A DNA stretch of 64,000 bases from Penicillus capitatus (Eukaryota > Plantae > Chlorophyta), in assembly GCA_965649825.1 (NCBI GenBank), contig OZ287694.1:681197-745196 (forward strand), read 5' to 3'. A program made the position numbers and the translations under genes. This document shows positions 1 to 11,765 of this stretch, in pieces (within the stretch, counting starts at the first letter, position 1; every line of letters starts with the position of its first letter). The notes beneath the pieces are model-generated. The model did not search any database and was not told the origin of the DNA. It worked only from the letters and a program-made list of their open reading frames with translations.

Positions 1-1150
1 GCGCAACAGTCGTTCGTCTTTCAACTTAAATGTTTAAATTTTGCGTGAAGATGGTCTTAAACGATGCTAAACTTTTTCATCTGGGAAGATGCGGTGCGCT
101 ATCACACCGTCTGGCGAGACAGCTTCATCAAATCGAGCTTCTCTTATTCGTAATTATTTGTTCGGCCGAACAGCAACAATCCTTACGTCGCTGATCGGCA
201 AAGAACATCTCTTAAAAATGAAAAGAAAAGAAAAGAACGGACATTGGGCTGGGAATAGATGACATCGGATGGCATGCATGGTTGCATTGTAAGAAAAGGC
301 ATCCTTCGTCTTGGCAAACGATTTCGAAGAGTCGAGAGTCTTGAAGACGGATTTTCTGTCAAACGGTGACAGAGATTCTTATGCAAACCCCCAACTACAA
401 AAAATGGCAAAGAATGTCATAAGGATTGATGCTGTCAAGGTTCGCCCTCGACGGTAATCGTGTTATCGTCTTGATGGCACGAAAAAAAAGTCCACAGGTG
501 ACCCAGGAGGTGAAAGACCACGATCTGACCACCAGCTAAATAAGCAGTATTGTCGGTGTTCTCGATCGCAGATCCTTTATTCACGAAGTTAGTTAAGATC
601 GGAACAACGACGAAAAAAGATACAAAGAAGGCACATAAAATATAGGATAGCCACGGCATGCATCGATGCATCCAATGATGCTGGCGAGTGAAGGTCGCGA
701 TGCAGATCGGTATGCAGGAACATCCCCAGTAAAACGTGGCGATCCAGCGACCGACGACGACAAAACCGTAGACAACAGAGGCGGTATGGCTTAGTGTCTC
801 AAAATGGTCGTCTAGAGGCTCGAGTGCGTGAAGACACTGAAGACTGAAGTAACCAGTAGCAACAAGGGATAAAAACCAAACCCACTGCAGAAGTCGCAGT
901 ACAATGGTACCGTCCTCGACGAGGGTGGAGAGACGCGTCTGCATGGTAGAAATCGCAGAGATACGTTTCGCAACGGGGTACAGGACGATATGACAAAAAG
1001 CAACAGAATCCCGCCAAGAGACTTAAAACCACAAACTGCGCGCGTTTAAGACGAATCGATGGCGAATGAATGGATGGCCTCCGTCGTTTCAGAACCTCGA
1101 CCGCGCAGTTTGATCTCCTCCATTAACAAGGCATCTGGGCTGAGAGTGGC
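1..1150. repeat. Diverged inverted segmental duplication, partner at about 14520-15660; carries the 4-TM orphan gene plus flanks
   Basis: Reverse complement aligns by eye with 14520-15660 throughout: gatgccttgttaa(a)tgg at the inner end, the shared ORF, and a shared downstream tract (ctttcaactt...gagacagcttc...atcgagcttct). Confidence 0.9.
435..944 (-). CDS. Orphan multi-pass (about 4 TM) membrane protein, copy 1; may extend upstream through a 43-nt intron (939-981)
   Basis: 169-aa ORF with several hydrophobic segments. Differences from copy 2 are enriched at third codon positions (GGT/GGC, ATT/ATC, GTA/GTG, CAG/CAA, CCT/CCA). No family recognised. Confidence 0.7.
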   Translation of the reverse strand: MQTRLSTLVEDGTIVLRLLQWVWFLSLVATGYFSLQCLHALEPLDDHFETLSHTASVVYGFVVVGRWIATFYWGCSCIPICIATFTRQHHWMHRCMPWLSYILCAFFVSFFVVVPILTNFVNKGSAIENTDNTAYLAGGQIVVFHLLGHLWTFFSCHQDDNTITVEGEP

Positions 1151-2329
1151 AGAACGTACGCTTATCCAGTTACCTCCGCGAGCTCTTGCCGTGTGAAGCT
1201 GTCGTATTAGCGTATCAGACGGAGATGCCATGTGCGTCTTTTCTAACTGCCCCAGACATATGCTCGATCTTTCCTTTGACACAACACAACGATGTCAGAG
1301 TGAGCTCACCTGAAAACGAGAGTCCTCAGTACTCCTTGATACCGTTAACCAACAGAAGTGCGATTACTGAACTTCTCCATTGCCACGGGAAACCAGGACT
1401 GTCAAAAGGCTTTCGCTAGGAGCTGACAGATTCATGTCAGGTCGTGTGTGGAACTTCACAAAGAGTTCACGCAGCTAATGAGTGATTCCAGGCACACTGA
1501 AAAATGCGACAGGCAGTGAGAGTGCCGACAATTGCATGCTGTCTCGGCGTTTTTGATATCTTCTGAATGCGGCCTATCGCCTTTTCATGCCACTAGCCAC
1601 CACATGCCTTCACATGCGATTCATTAGAGACTGCCGACAATGCTTCTGACTCACTCTTCCATACAGCTCACACATCCAAAATGAAGATGAGGAGTGGATG
1701 GTCTAACGACATGATAGACGCGTTTATCCCCGATAGTTTGGGTATGCAGACAACCTGCATGACATCAGACTCCTCGTCTCACACTTCGTTTTCGTGCTTC
1801 CCCGCGCGACTACCTCCTTTCGCTCTCAGATCGACGTCGAGTTGAACAGAACAGAGTCCTTTCGCAGCGACCTCGCCAATCGATGTCAATACTCCTCTCA
1901 ATCAACACCAGTGATGATCACTGTCGCTTCAACACGTTAGATTGCAACAAGCCCGTGCCACCGTACGAAGGAGACAGGAGCAGTCGATACTTGAAGATGC
2001 ACGGAGAAACGAGGTCACTCTCCGACGACGTCATGCCAACGAATCTGAACGCATTACAGGCAACGTGCAAATTTCCACCGAACTTGCAATCGGCAGGCAA
2101 GAAGATGATTTCAGTGCGTTACATCTCACATTTCCGAGACCATCGTAAGCATCTGGCTGCCATTGTCCAGTTTCGTGTTGTGGCAATCGCATGTTCATTC
2201 ACAACAAGGTAATTGCAAAACATATCCACAGATTCCACAGTGTCATTTGCAAAGGTGCGTGCTGACTGCGTGCGTCATGCAGTTAAGGATCAACGCCCCG
2301 CTGCTGCTTCATCTATCTCTGTCTCGTCA

Positions 2330-3264
2330 TCTTTCGATCCTCTGACTTTGAATACAGAACATACAAAGCCTTTAACTGACGGTCCGAAATCAGCTCGCCA
2401 TTTCTGATCGCTATTTCAGTCGTTTAATCCTCTCCATATCCACAAGCTTCAGCCACTCCATATTTCTGGATCTCATGTAGGCGATACCCGAATCTCTCAA
2501 CATGACTGGGTTCTTCACGACTTCCTTGCTGATAGGACAACAGAACTGATCAAGAAGATCAGCAGACAAATCCGGAGCCGTGGCATGTTCTGTCTGCTTA
2601 AGTGATTCATTAATAGCATTGATGATATGCTTTAGCTCGTACTCCAGTAGCCAGTCTTTATTTCTTCGCGCCTCGCGCATGTAATCCTTCAGCACAATCA
2701 AACCATGCAATTCGGCTTCGACTGTTCTGGAATGCTCTTTCATCATGTCAACGAGGACGGTCTTCATCTCTTCTGTTCCTTCCAGATTTTTATTGAATGC
2801 CTTCTCCATTATAAGTCTCCAAATCCTCGTCTGATGCGTCGATGCCGCCAAGCTGTCGAACTTGGCTTTGCGAAGGTTGCCTTTAAAAGCGAGCATGCAT
2901 TCATGCATCTCTCCCATAATCGGCAGACTGACCAGAGGCAGCTGTTGCAAGGCGTGTTGCGCTTCTGTGCTACGTGTTTCAGTCTCTCGCTCCTCGAAGC
3001 GAATACCATTCCTTTCAAAACTGTCGACTTGCAACAGTCTTCTATGACTCGGTCGGCTGCATTAAGTGCATCTAGGATGAGGTCCAGCGATGCGAGCAGT
3101 GAAGGGTCATTCACATGGAGCTGCTTCAGGGTCTGCAGAAACGGCATTGTTTGTCCCGCCAGGGAGGCGAGCAGTTTGCACTCTTCGGCGTTTGTGACGG
3201 CGAGTGCGGCATGGTCTACGATGCCTTCGGCCACCTTTAGAGCCAGATTTATAACGACATCCAT
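2330..3264 (-). pseudogene. Frameshifted MLKL-like/MCAfunc 4-helix-bundle + U-box gene, paralog of 20716-21783
   Basis: ORF 2809-3264 gives the N-terminus (MDVVINLALKVAEG...), ORF 2411-3034 the coiled coil and U-box start (DQFCCPISKEVVKNPVMLRDSG). A 1-nt loss near 2960 (CAGAAGCGCAAC vs CAGAGGATGCAAC) and further frameshifts/stop within the U-box. Confidence 0.85.
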
Positions 3265-3269
3265 CGCGC

Positions 3270-3660
3270 TGTAAAGAAAGGAAAACGATGGACGTTGACG
3301 CTGCTATTGTAGCATGCGGCTGCTGATCGTTCTGACAGTTTAATGCATAGAAACACCACGTTCGACCTTGTGGAGTCATCATCGAGGATTCCGCCTAATC
3401 GCGTTTGGATCAGCAAAGCTGTCTTTGATATATAAATCGGGTCTTACAGCCCCTTTGTGCCAGTGGCATGTGGGGGAAGCTGTCTTTGATGGTGTCTTTT
3501 CACCTCACAGTTCGACGAACCCGTTCGCCCGTACAAATGAATAGATAAGTTATGCATATGATGGTACCATCGTGTCCGCAGTCTTTCAAACACACCGACC
3601 GTCATTTACACGAGTAACAGTGCAGTGGAAACGCTTGTTCGATCTGGCAATGTGAAATCA
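3270..3660 (-). promoter_or_regulatory. Upstream region conserved between the two U-box paralogs (partner about 21790-22120)
   Basis: Shared blocks agaaaggaaaa(c/t)gatggacgtt and tttttcacctc(a/g)c(a/g)gttcgacgaac immediately 5' of both ATGs. Regulatory function is inferred. Confidence 0.55.
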
Positions 3661-4189
3661 GGCATACCATGCTGTCCACATCACGCATCTCCATACCTTC
3701 ATCATGACTGATGGAACATTGACAAGCAATGCCCGTGTCTCGGCCACATGACATGGGGGTGTAAGACGGTAGCCAAAACTCTTAATAGAACTCTTGTCTT
3801 AACCTCTCGTCTTTGAGGATAGTAACTTGTACAAACAGACTGAAAGAGACAAGTGACTGAAATACATACTTATAAAACTGATAGAAAAGCAGACGGCGGG
3901 TAGACCTCGAAACGCTTTTTGTTAACCAGCTTTTAGTCAGTATGGTCTGCAGACAGACAGCGTCCAATTGCTTGTGTTTAGAAGCTTTCGGGCAGAGGGC
4001 TTCCATTGACGACATCGAAGCTCGGACAGGACAGAGTATGTTCAGGTGCATTTTGTCACGTCAGTCAATTCAAATGCGAAATCCATCCACCGTCTAATTC
4101 TTGCATGACCTTTGCACGAGGGTCAAGGCGATCGCCCATGGTAAATCAGCGGAAAGAAAGCTATTGGGCGAAGCAGAATTGCGTTCGTC

Positions 4190-5235
4190 AAAGCGAGGAA
4201 TCAGCCGACTACAACATTCAGTAATATCTGCATCCGGAAAACGAAACGGACTGCATCTATCTGCCACTCATCCTTGTGCGCTGCAGTCACAGACAGGTAG
4301 GTTAGCACACAATTCTAGAAGAAATCGCGACGAACGTGGTAATGCCGACCTGGCGCGCCAGATAGCGAGAATCTCCTGAGCGGTACGCAATGTTAAACGG
4401 GTCTAGATTCTGCATTGGAGCACTAGAAGGGAAATGGCTTTGGTTACAGGAATCATCGAAACAGTCGTTTGTGTACGTCTCCTCTCGAAATTTGCATGTC
4501 ATTGCACGAAGATTGAGCAAAGACTCTGCCCTCTGACAGCCTTAACAATGATGGCGAATCAATACGGAGATAGTTAGAGAACTTGAAGACGCGAGAATCA
4601 CTACCGAGATAGTTAGAGAACTTGACAACGACATTAGCAGATACAGGGAAGTACATCACTTAATCTACAAAATGATGCACGAAGAAGAACTACGAATGAC
4701 GCAAATCACCAACGCTCTTACCAAAAAAGAAGACTATTTTAGAAGCCTTTGTAAGTGAATTATTCTATTGCTTTATTAGTTGGTTATAGTATAATGTCGG
4801 GAATATTTTAACACCTCGATTGTCGAAAGAAACTGAAGACGTGGAGGAGGATATACTCTCGGATCTTGAGCGAGGATTGAAAAGCTTGAAGGCAAATTAG
4901 AAGAGGATTCGAGAGTTAGATATAAAAGTGCATGTTGTAAGTGCCAAAAAAGCCTTTAAACAGCGACAAAGAAAGAGACAAAACATTCAAGAAGGAATCA
5001 AAAGATTGTGACACAAAACTGTTGTAAGAGCGTATATGTACAGTAGACTCATGGTTCTTAAGGATGGGACAGATTACGATTAATGAGTTTTTAGCAAGTG
5101 TCGGAGTTGATCAAAAAAGTGATTGTACTGTGAAATTGCGAGATTGATCGATGGGCTATTGACATCTAGGAAGAGAAGAAAGGTTTGTCAAGCGCTATGA
5201 AGGTATAAATTGATAGGGTATTTTGAACATCATAT
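4190..5235 (+). repeat. About 1-kb dispersed direct repeat (partner about 30960-31950); degenerate intron-containing gene relic
   Basis: Aligns with the 31-kb copy (catctatctgccactcatccttgtgcgctgcagtca... to ...tgatagggta). Shared intron-like gtaagtgaattattctatt...ttatag. Best frame ILEEIATNVV...GKWLWLQE; multiple stops downstream. Confidence 0.85.
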
Positions 5236-6012
5236 ATACCGTCGTAAGATTGTGAAAGACATAGATGCTATCTCTGAGCATCAAACAAGACGACGATAGA
5301 TCGCCGGACAAGGAATGCAGTATGATGGCCGATTACAGCCATTGTCGGTATCTTGGACGAATTGACAACGTGATGATGCAGCCAGCATCCGTCCCTCAGC
5401 GATGCGTCGACATAGTGTGCATGTAGACATCGATAAAGCTTAGTGGCGATAAAGGGACATTAGGTGAATCCATTCCCGGCCGTGTGCAACATGATCATAT
5501 TCTTTAAGTTAAGGATAACGACATATCTCTTCGTTTCCCCTTCGAAGAGATGTAGCGCAACGCTCAAAGTACAGCAAGTGTGCATCTCATGGCAAACTAG
5601 AACGCAGCTAGCTAAAGGTAGGCGAGGATGTGCAAAGAAAGCCAAGAAAGCCAGATGCTTTCCATGCACCGCAGAAATGACGACTCGTGATGATGGATGG
5701 TATAAGCAAAGTAGAGTTATCAGAAAGGCATCTGGTGGTGTATGAAACAAGAACAGGAACGTACAATCTTGCACGTGTATATTTAGATAAGGACTTGCTT
5801 GCCAACATACTGTTAATGTAGCTCTGCAGTGCATGGAAAGAGTTCCAAGAGTGCAATATTTCAGCCGAAGTCGAGGGGGCATGAACAGTTGTAGACATGT
5901 TAGTCCAGGCGAAAAGAAGATTTAATTGAGGGTGGCAGCGAGAGTTTTTGCCGCCAGGCACCGTAGACAAGACTATAAACACTTATCAGTGAGAAGGCGC
6001 CAATTGTTCATT

Positions 6013-6987
6013 GGTTATCCTCTGCCCGTGCGGCGCCCTCGGGTGAAGTATATCGCCAGCTGTCCATTGGAGGCGGACGGCGACCCGACCCACAGCCTAA
6101 TGGCAGACACACATATTGAGTCATGTTATACGAGAGAGGTAGGGATCTTACCTGGGGGGTAGCGAAAGCTTGCAGGGCCCGCTTCTGTCACCATCCACGA
6201 CAGGGACACCGACCCGTGCAAAGCCTCACCCCACACCTTCACTGTGCTTTCCCCCTGCAGAGCCAGCTAAGAAGTCGTGTCGGCGCGCACGCGAATAAAA
6301 AAGTACACAAAGAAGGGACAGAAAAGAGCAAAACGCACAATATGGATGAAAAAACACACATGCAATAAAACACGAACAAAAAAACACACAGTCAAGAAGG
6401 CAGGTGGCCGGTCTCAAGCCCAAACAGCACAGTAACAAACAGGCAAACACAGGGAATGAGAAAAAACACAATTGAGATACCATGGAACATGAACAAATTA
6501 AACGCGACAGAAAGGTCGCCAGAGCGCACATAGAAAGAAGTGAAGTGATACATAAAACACAATCAAGAAAGGTTCTGTACTAAACACTGCAAGGAGAACA
6601 GAAAGAGCAGGGTCAAACAAAGTACTAAAAAACTACTGGCTAATACGATGAAATGAAAAAACCCACTCAGGACGAAAGAAAAGACCCTAACAAGAGACCC
6701 TTATAGAAAAGAATGGAAATGCGGGTCCTGAGTGGGGCCTCCAAAGCCAGCATCCTTCAAGGTACCGGCGACAGATCCGAACGCGAGGGGCTTGGACCGG
6801 GCCCAGCGCTTCAGAATGACGCCACGTCCACGCATACTCCGCCTATCCCACCGCAGAGCTGCCTCAGCCAGGTGCCACCACTAGGTGACAGCTGCATCTA
6901 GAACACACGCCCATGAGTTTACCCCTGGGTGTGATGGCTAACTCGGCTCACGTGGATTTCCCGAGGGCGCCGCTGGCAGGGAAACTC
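6013..6987. mobile_element. Possible non-autonomous TIR element with an A-rich low-complexity core (about 6260-6710)
   Basis: Imperfect inverted repeat of about 30 bp with an exact 14-bp core (gcggcgccctcggg at 6030-6043; cccgagggcgccgc at 6960-6973). No target-site duplication or transposase seen. Confidence 0.3.
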
Positions 6988-7149
6988 TGATGGTGCCCTT
7001 TTCGCCTGAGGATGTTGTGCGCGGTGATGGTACCCTTTTCGCCTTGTTCGTTGGGCGGTATCGCAATCTCTCGGGAATCTATTGGCCTCAGAGCCTCCTT
7101 GAAGAAACAAACGTGCTTAGACGATGCGCGGTCGAAGGAGAGCCTACTT

Positions 7150-8450
7150 GCATGGAGAGTCGACGCACGACCCGTCGGTTTCTGACGCGTCGGTTAGGAG
7201 TTTGCTTTTCTTCGGACGCAAACTGCGCTGCATGCGTGTCCTCCACGCTCGTGGTTCCACTGCCCGTCGTCGTTCTCTTCAGGCGGGTCGGATCACTGCG
7301 GAAAATAACAGACGACCTCCGTCGACAAACCTCCGACTGCGTTCTGCTCCGCCTTCCGAGATCGGTCTGAAGGACGTGTACTGCGTCGCCGAACCAACTC
7401 ACGAACAACAGGAAGGTGGTCCGCACACAAGTCGCAGTGGTTTGGAGCTCAGTCGGAGAGGAACAAAGCAGACGAACACAAAAGACACGAATCAATGGTC
7501 GCCAGACGATTGATTCGTACGACGGTTTGCCATGCATCACCACGACCGTGATTCCGTACAGCCACAGACGCTGCTAACCATCGAAAGGCCTTCGTCGGTT
7601 ATTTCCTAGAGGCGACGAAGCATTGCTAAAACCTCTCTTAGGATGCTTGATACAAGTGTCGTTTGGCAGGAGTGGGCGGGGCCAGACGCACGTGATGCGA
7701 GAAACAACATCGCATATTCGAGTATAGCCGATGATTCTCGCGCGTGGTTCACTTTGTGCAAGCGATTGCTGGACGGTCTTCTGTCTTCCAATCATCAGGT
7801 GAAAACAGAATTTCTCTGAACTGGATAGATACCATAATCTCCGTCTCCATGGGCATGCATCTTCAAGCTGTTTCACACAGAACTGCGGCTGTCTGATACC
7901 ACCTGCGACTACTGAAGAAAGACAGAGATGTACTGGTACATTGTCTTACGTTGGCTTTGTGATGGGACACAATGGATCGTGTTAACACACTCGACTATCA
8001 TGGCCATCCTGCTATTCGTTGTATCTCTGCCGAGCCAGACGTCCTACACTTCTGTTCACTCTGGATGGGTTATTGATCCGCGAGCGTGAATTCACCATTC
8101 ATTCTCACACTTCGGATGCGTTGTACCTGCCTTACGCCAAATCTGCGATCAGCCATCGATCCGACTATTTTATTTTTTCACAAAACGCAATGAAAAAGAA
8201 ACAGCCGAATCTGTGGCATACATATAAGGAACAGACCTCAGTTGCTTTCCTTCTCTAAGGCAACAGCAGCAAAGAAGAGAAGACTCCTTGCCGAAGCACA
8301 GATGGCGGCTCCCATCAAACGAGCGTTTGAGAATGCCATTTTGCGGCACTCTATAGAGAGACGAACCCAGATAGACTCTCTCTGCGACGGCGCAGTTGGT
8401 TGGTTCGTTTGTGGTGGGTGCAATGATCATGACACATCTCGCAGATGATT
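7150..8450 (+). other. Possible unidentified or degenerate multi-exon gene
   Basis: Protein-like short frames (RMLDTSVVWQEWAGPDARD..., RRLLAEAQMAAPIKRAFENAIL...) and plausible splice sites, but no consistent model or family. Confidence 0.2.
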
Positions 8451-8469
8451 ATCATCTGTCGCGTGCTCC

Positions 8470-10627
8470 ATGTCCGCTTGGCTATTGCTCATTGCCTACT
8501 GGACCGTGCTCGACGTCGTATCGAGTCATGAAGATACTGCCGGATCCTGTTTCTCCCCCCGTAGTGGATTTCACGGATACGGTCTTAACGGAACCGGAGG
8601 CTATATCCTTTCTGTCAAATCTAAGACACGCACGGCGCATTCGCAAGTAAATCTCAGCGATGTGTACTCACGCATCCACAGCACTGCCACAGGAAATGAC
8701 AATTCGATTGGCGAATGAGGCAGCCGATCAGACCTTCCGTGGATTTCAGCTCATTTGCGAAGCTTGCCAGTTTCAGAATCTTCCGAAGGAAGATGTGCAT
8801 TTCGTCAACACACGATACTGCAATGCGGAAGGACACGTCACACATACCAACAACGTAATGTACTACCGACAAAAACGATATCCATCCGAGTGGTCTGGTT
8901 AACCCCAGTCGGACAAGAAGAGTGTCGAAATCGATGTTCGACTGGATCGCAAAGAGGGTTCACACATTCCCATCTCGTTCTATGTGGTTAAGACACTGAG
9001 AGAATGGTCCGTGCACATCCGAGCGAGGCCGACCGCTTTCCATAATGTGCGTCTGTCTGTAGGTATGGTCCCATGAATGTCACCATCGATCTCGACGAAG
9101 AGCTTCATGTCAATGGAGGCCATGAGCGAAAGGTAACGATACAGAGTGCAGCTGATGAAGATGCCTCGAAGGAAAAGTGTCAACGATCGACTGACCCAGA
9201 CTATCGTTGCATGGCCTATGTTCCGTTCACCTTTCTCTCAGGTCTATGCTTCCTTGACCTGCACAGCTTCTTAGATTCTGGACGACTTCATTCTTCACTG
9301 GTCAATAGTGGATAACGCCACACTAGGCGCATCGCAGACCATGTGGGTAGATATCTTTTCGCGCTTCACTGTGAAGTATGTGTCGAAGCGCAGGATCGAG
9401 ATGATGGTAGAGGCGAGGACGCAAGGATGGGCAAGTTTGGCTTTTGCTGGCGTCAAAGGTACCGCTCATCCAGATTCGCCTTTCTGACGCCCATCAGCAG
9501 GGAAGATGCATCCAGCTGATGCCGTTTTGGGATGGATGCAAGAGAACGGCGAATCGAGTTACCATTCCTATCACATACAGGTCCAACCACAATCGCAGCT
9601 TAGCCACATTCCTCCTAGAGACCCTCGTCTTGCAGTCCGATACGGTGACGGATGCCAACCGAAACGACACACTGTTTGATCTGCACTACATCGATCGACG
9701 AGACGCCTGGCTGCATCTTCGTTTTACTAAGCGTCTCGAACGCGGTGTCGTCCCTGTCGACATCGATCGGAACGTATCTCTAAACTATGCGACCGGAAAA
9801 GAAAACCGACTGACGAAGCACGATCGGTGAAACACGCATTCTCGCTCTCTTTGAACGTCGTTAGCAGATCGGGATCTCTGGAATTCGATTTCGTGACAGG
9901 TCAAACACGTCGACTATCTTCTCGGAAGTACTATCAGGCACACGGGTGTCTTATGATCCTTGGCTGGATTGTACTCGTTCCCTTAGGTAAGCCCTTGGCA
10001 TCACAGCGTCCCTCTATGTGTGCACGGTGTAGCTATCATCATGGCACGATCCAAGTGGTCACCATCCGGTATGGGACTCTACGGTTGGCTCGAATTGCAC
10101 CAGGCGTTGCTTCTCTTTGCCGTTATCGCTATCGTATCTGCACTTCTGATTGCTCTGGTCAGTTTCCAACCGATCAAGTCTCGTACCGGCCGTGTGCATC
10201 GTCTCCTTGGCATCCTGACTTCCATCTTCCTCCTTTGCCAGGTCCAGACTTCGTCCATGACCGATTCTACAACGTATGCCTGCGTTAGATGACGATGGGA
10301 TTTCTAAGACCAGCAGAAGAAAGCACAAATCGTTCCCTGTTCAGAGTGGCGCATGCTTGGGGCGGTCGCTGTCTGGCGCTGCTCTCGATCACCACCGTCT
10401 TCATCGGCATCTCGGCCTTTCATCTGACAAGCAACGCCGATCCATCGACGTGGATTGGCAGCGTCCTACTATTGCTTTTCCTTCAGCTTTGCACTGGGCT
10501 GTTCTTTGAGTTGGGTCCCAGACGCACGGCCCAGAGACGCGGCATCGTATCCGAAGTGAACATGGTTCAGATTCCGTATGCACGCCCTGGAGAACAGGAC
10601 TCGGACGAGCATTACACAACAGATTGA
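8470..10627 (+). CDS. Ferric-chelate reductase 1 (FRRS1/SDR2)-like protein: signal peptide + Reeler + DOMON + cytochrome b561; multi-exon
   Basis: Signal peptide MSAWLLLIAYWTVLDVVSS; Reeler motifs FRGFQL, VTHTNNSDKKSV, VVKTLREW; DOMON ILDDFILHWSI, GWASLAF, KMHPADAVLGW; b561 helices with heme His: AHGCLMILGW, WLELHQ, VHRLLG, AHAWGGR. Exons join through GT-AG introns. Confidence 0.85.
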
Positions 10628-10743
10628 GTCACAGGCATCTGTCTCTTCACCTACCTGTCAAACTCGATTCAAACGCGAAATGAGCATTGACTTAAGTTTA
10701 AGTGTGTGGATGACAGCGAACAAGTTGAAATGCAAAAAACCAT

Positions 10744-11756
10744 TCACTCCTTAGAGAGAGGATGGGATTCTGGCAAAGCATCGAACCAAAGCAGTGGCAC
10801 CATTCCTATAATACAACCAACAGATACGCCCAAGACAGCTCCCAGCGTACGCGCCACTAGACACATGCTTATCGATAGCGGACGCCCGTGTGAGGCTACC
10901 TCTGACGGCAAACGTGCCCTGCTGATATCTGGAAAGAAGTGGCGTTTGCAGTCCAAAGAGCTTTCTTGCCGTCGACTGGCATCAGAGACATATGAGCGAT
11001 GGATGGCTCAGGGTGTCGATTCGCCTACTTCGATGTTCTCTGCCAGACAGACGCCTGCGACATCCGATACGAGATTCCCAAGTGCTGCTGCCCCCATGAT
11101 CGAGATGCCTAAAGTGAGGCCAAAGAGATGTTCAATCGATTCTCCGGCCGAAATCTGAAGGACATGATGTGACAGGCGATCGATCGCCGGCGGCAATGGC
11201 ATTGGTCTTTACCATAATGAAGTTGTCCAAGAAGCCAAACCCAACGTACGGGACCCCCGTTGCCACTGCCAAAGGGAAAAGACGTGACATAGGAACGGGA
11301 AGTCGATCGCGTATAAGACGAGCCTGCTCTTCGCGGAGCTTGTGAGCTCGGAGTGCTTGAATAAACTCGGCTCGATCAAGCAGTCCGCGTGGATAGCGTC
11401 TATCGGCCCGTCGGAAGGACGCGTGCGCCATGGCATCCTCAGATGGCGAGAACTGCGCTAATGATGCCGATTCATGCAGAGCCGATAACAACTGGCGTCT
11501 CTGTTCATGTCCAAGCGACGCAACCAGTTCCTTCGCCGATTTTATGGAATCCAGTCGAAAGCGTTCCGTCGTCTGAAGCGGCACTCTCCACTCCTCGCCT
11601 GAACGTACACACGCATGGCGTCAGCTCCTGTAACGCACACGCACGGTCGGTTTCAGCCGCCTCGGATGCAGTGGGACGCAGCAGGGTCAGCAGTGCAGAA
11701 GGATGACGGCTGAACGCGACGCTAAGTCGAGAAGGACAGGCAAGACGACGGAGCAT
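10744..11756 (-). CDS. TMEM65: Transmembrane protein 65 with mitochondrial transit peptide; multi-exon
   Basis: PYVGFGFLDNFIM, LGISIMGAAALGNLVSDVAG and GVSVGCIIGMVPL match the TMEM65 family; Arg/Ser-rich N-terminus MLRRLACPSRLS; GT-AG introns join the frames. Confidence 0.9.
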
Positions 11757-11765
11757 TCGATTTGA

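Noticed and set aside
6146-6160. U1 snRNA (CTTACCTGG resembles the U1 5' end)
   Set aside because: No downstream U1 stem-loops or Sm site; it is simply the reverse complement of a CCAG|GTAAG donor.
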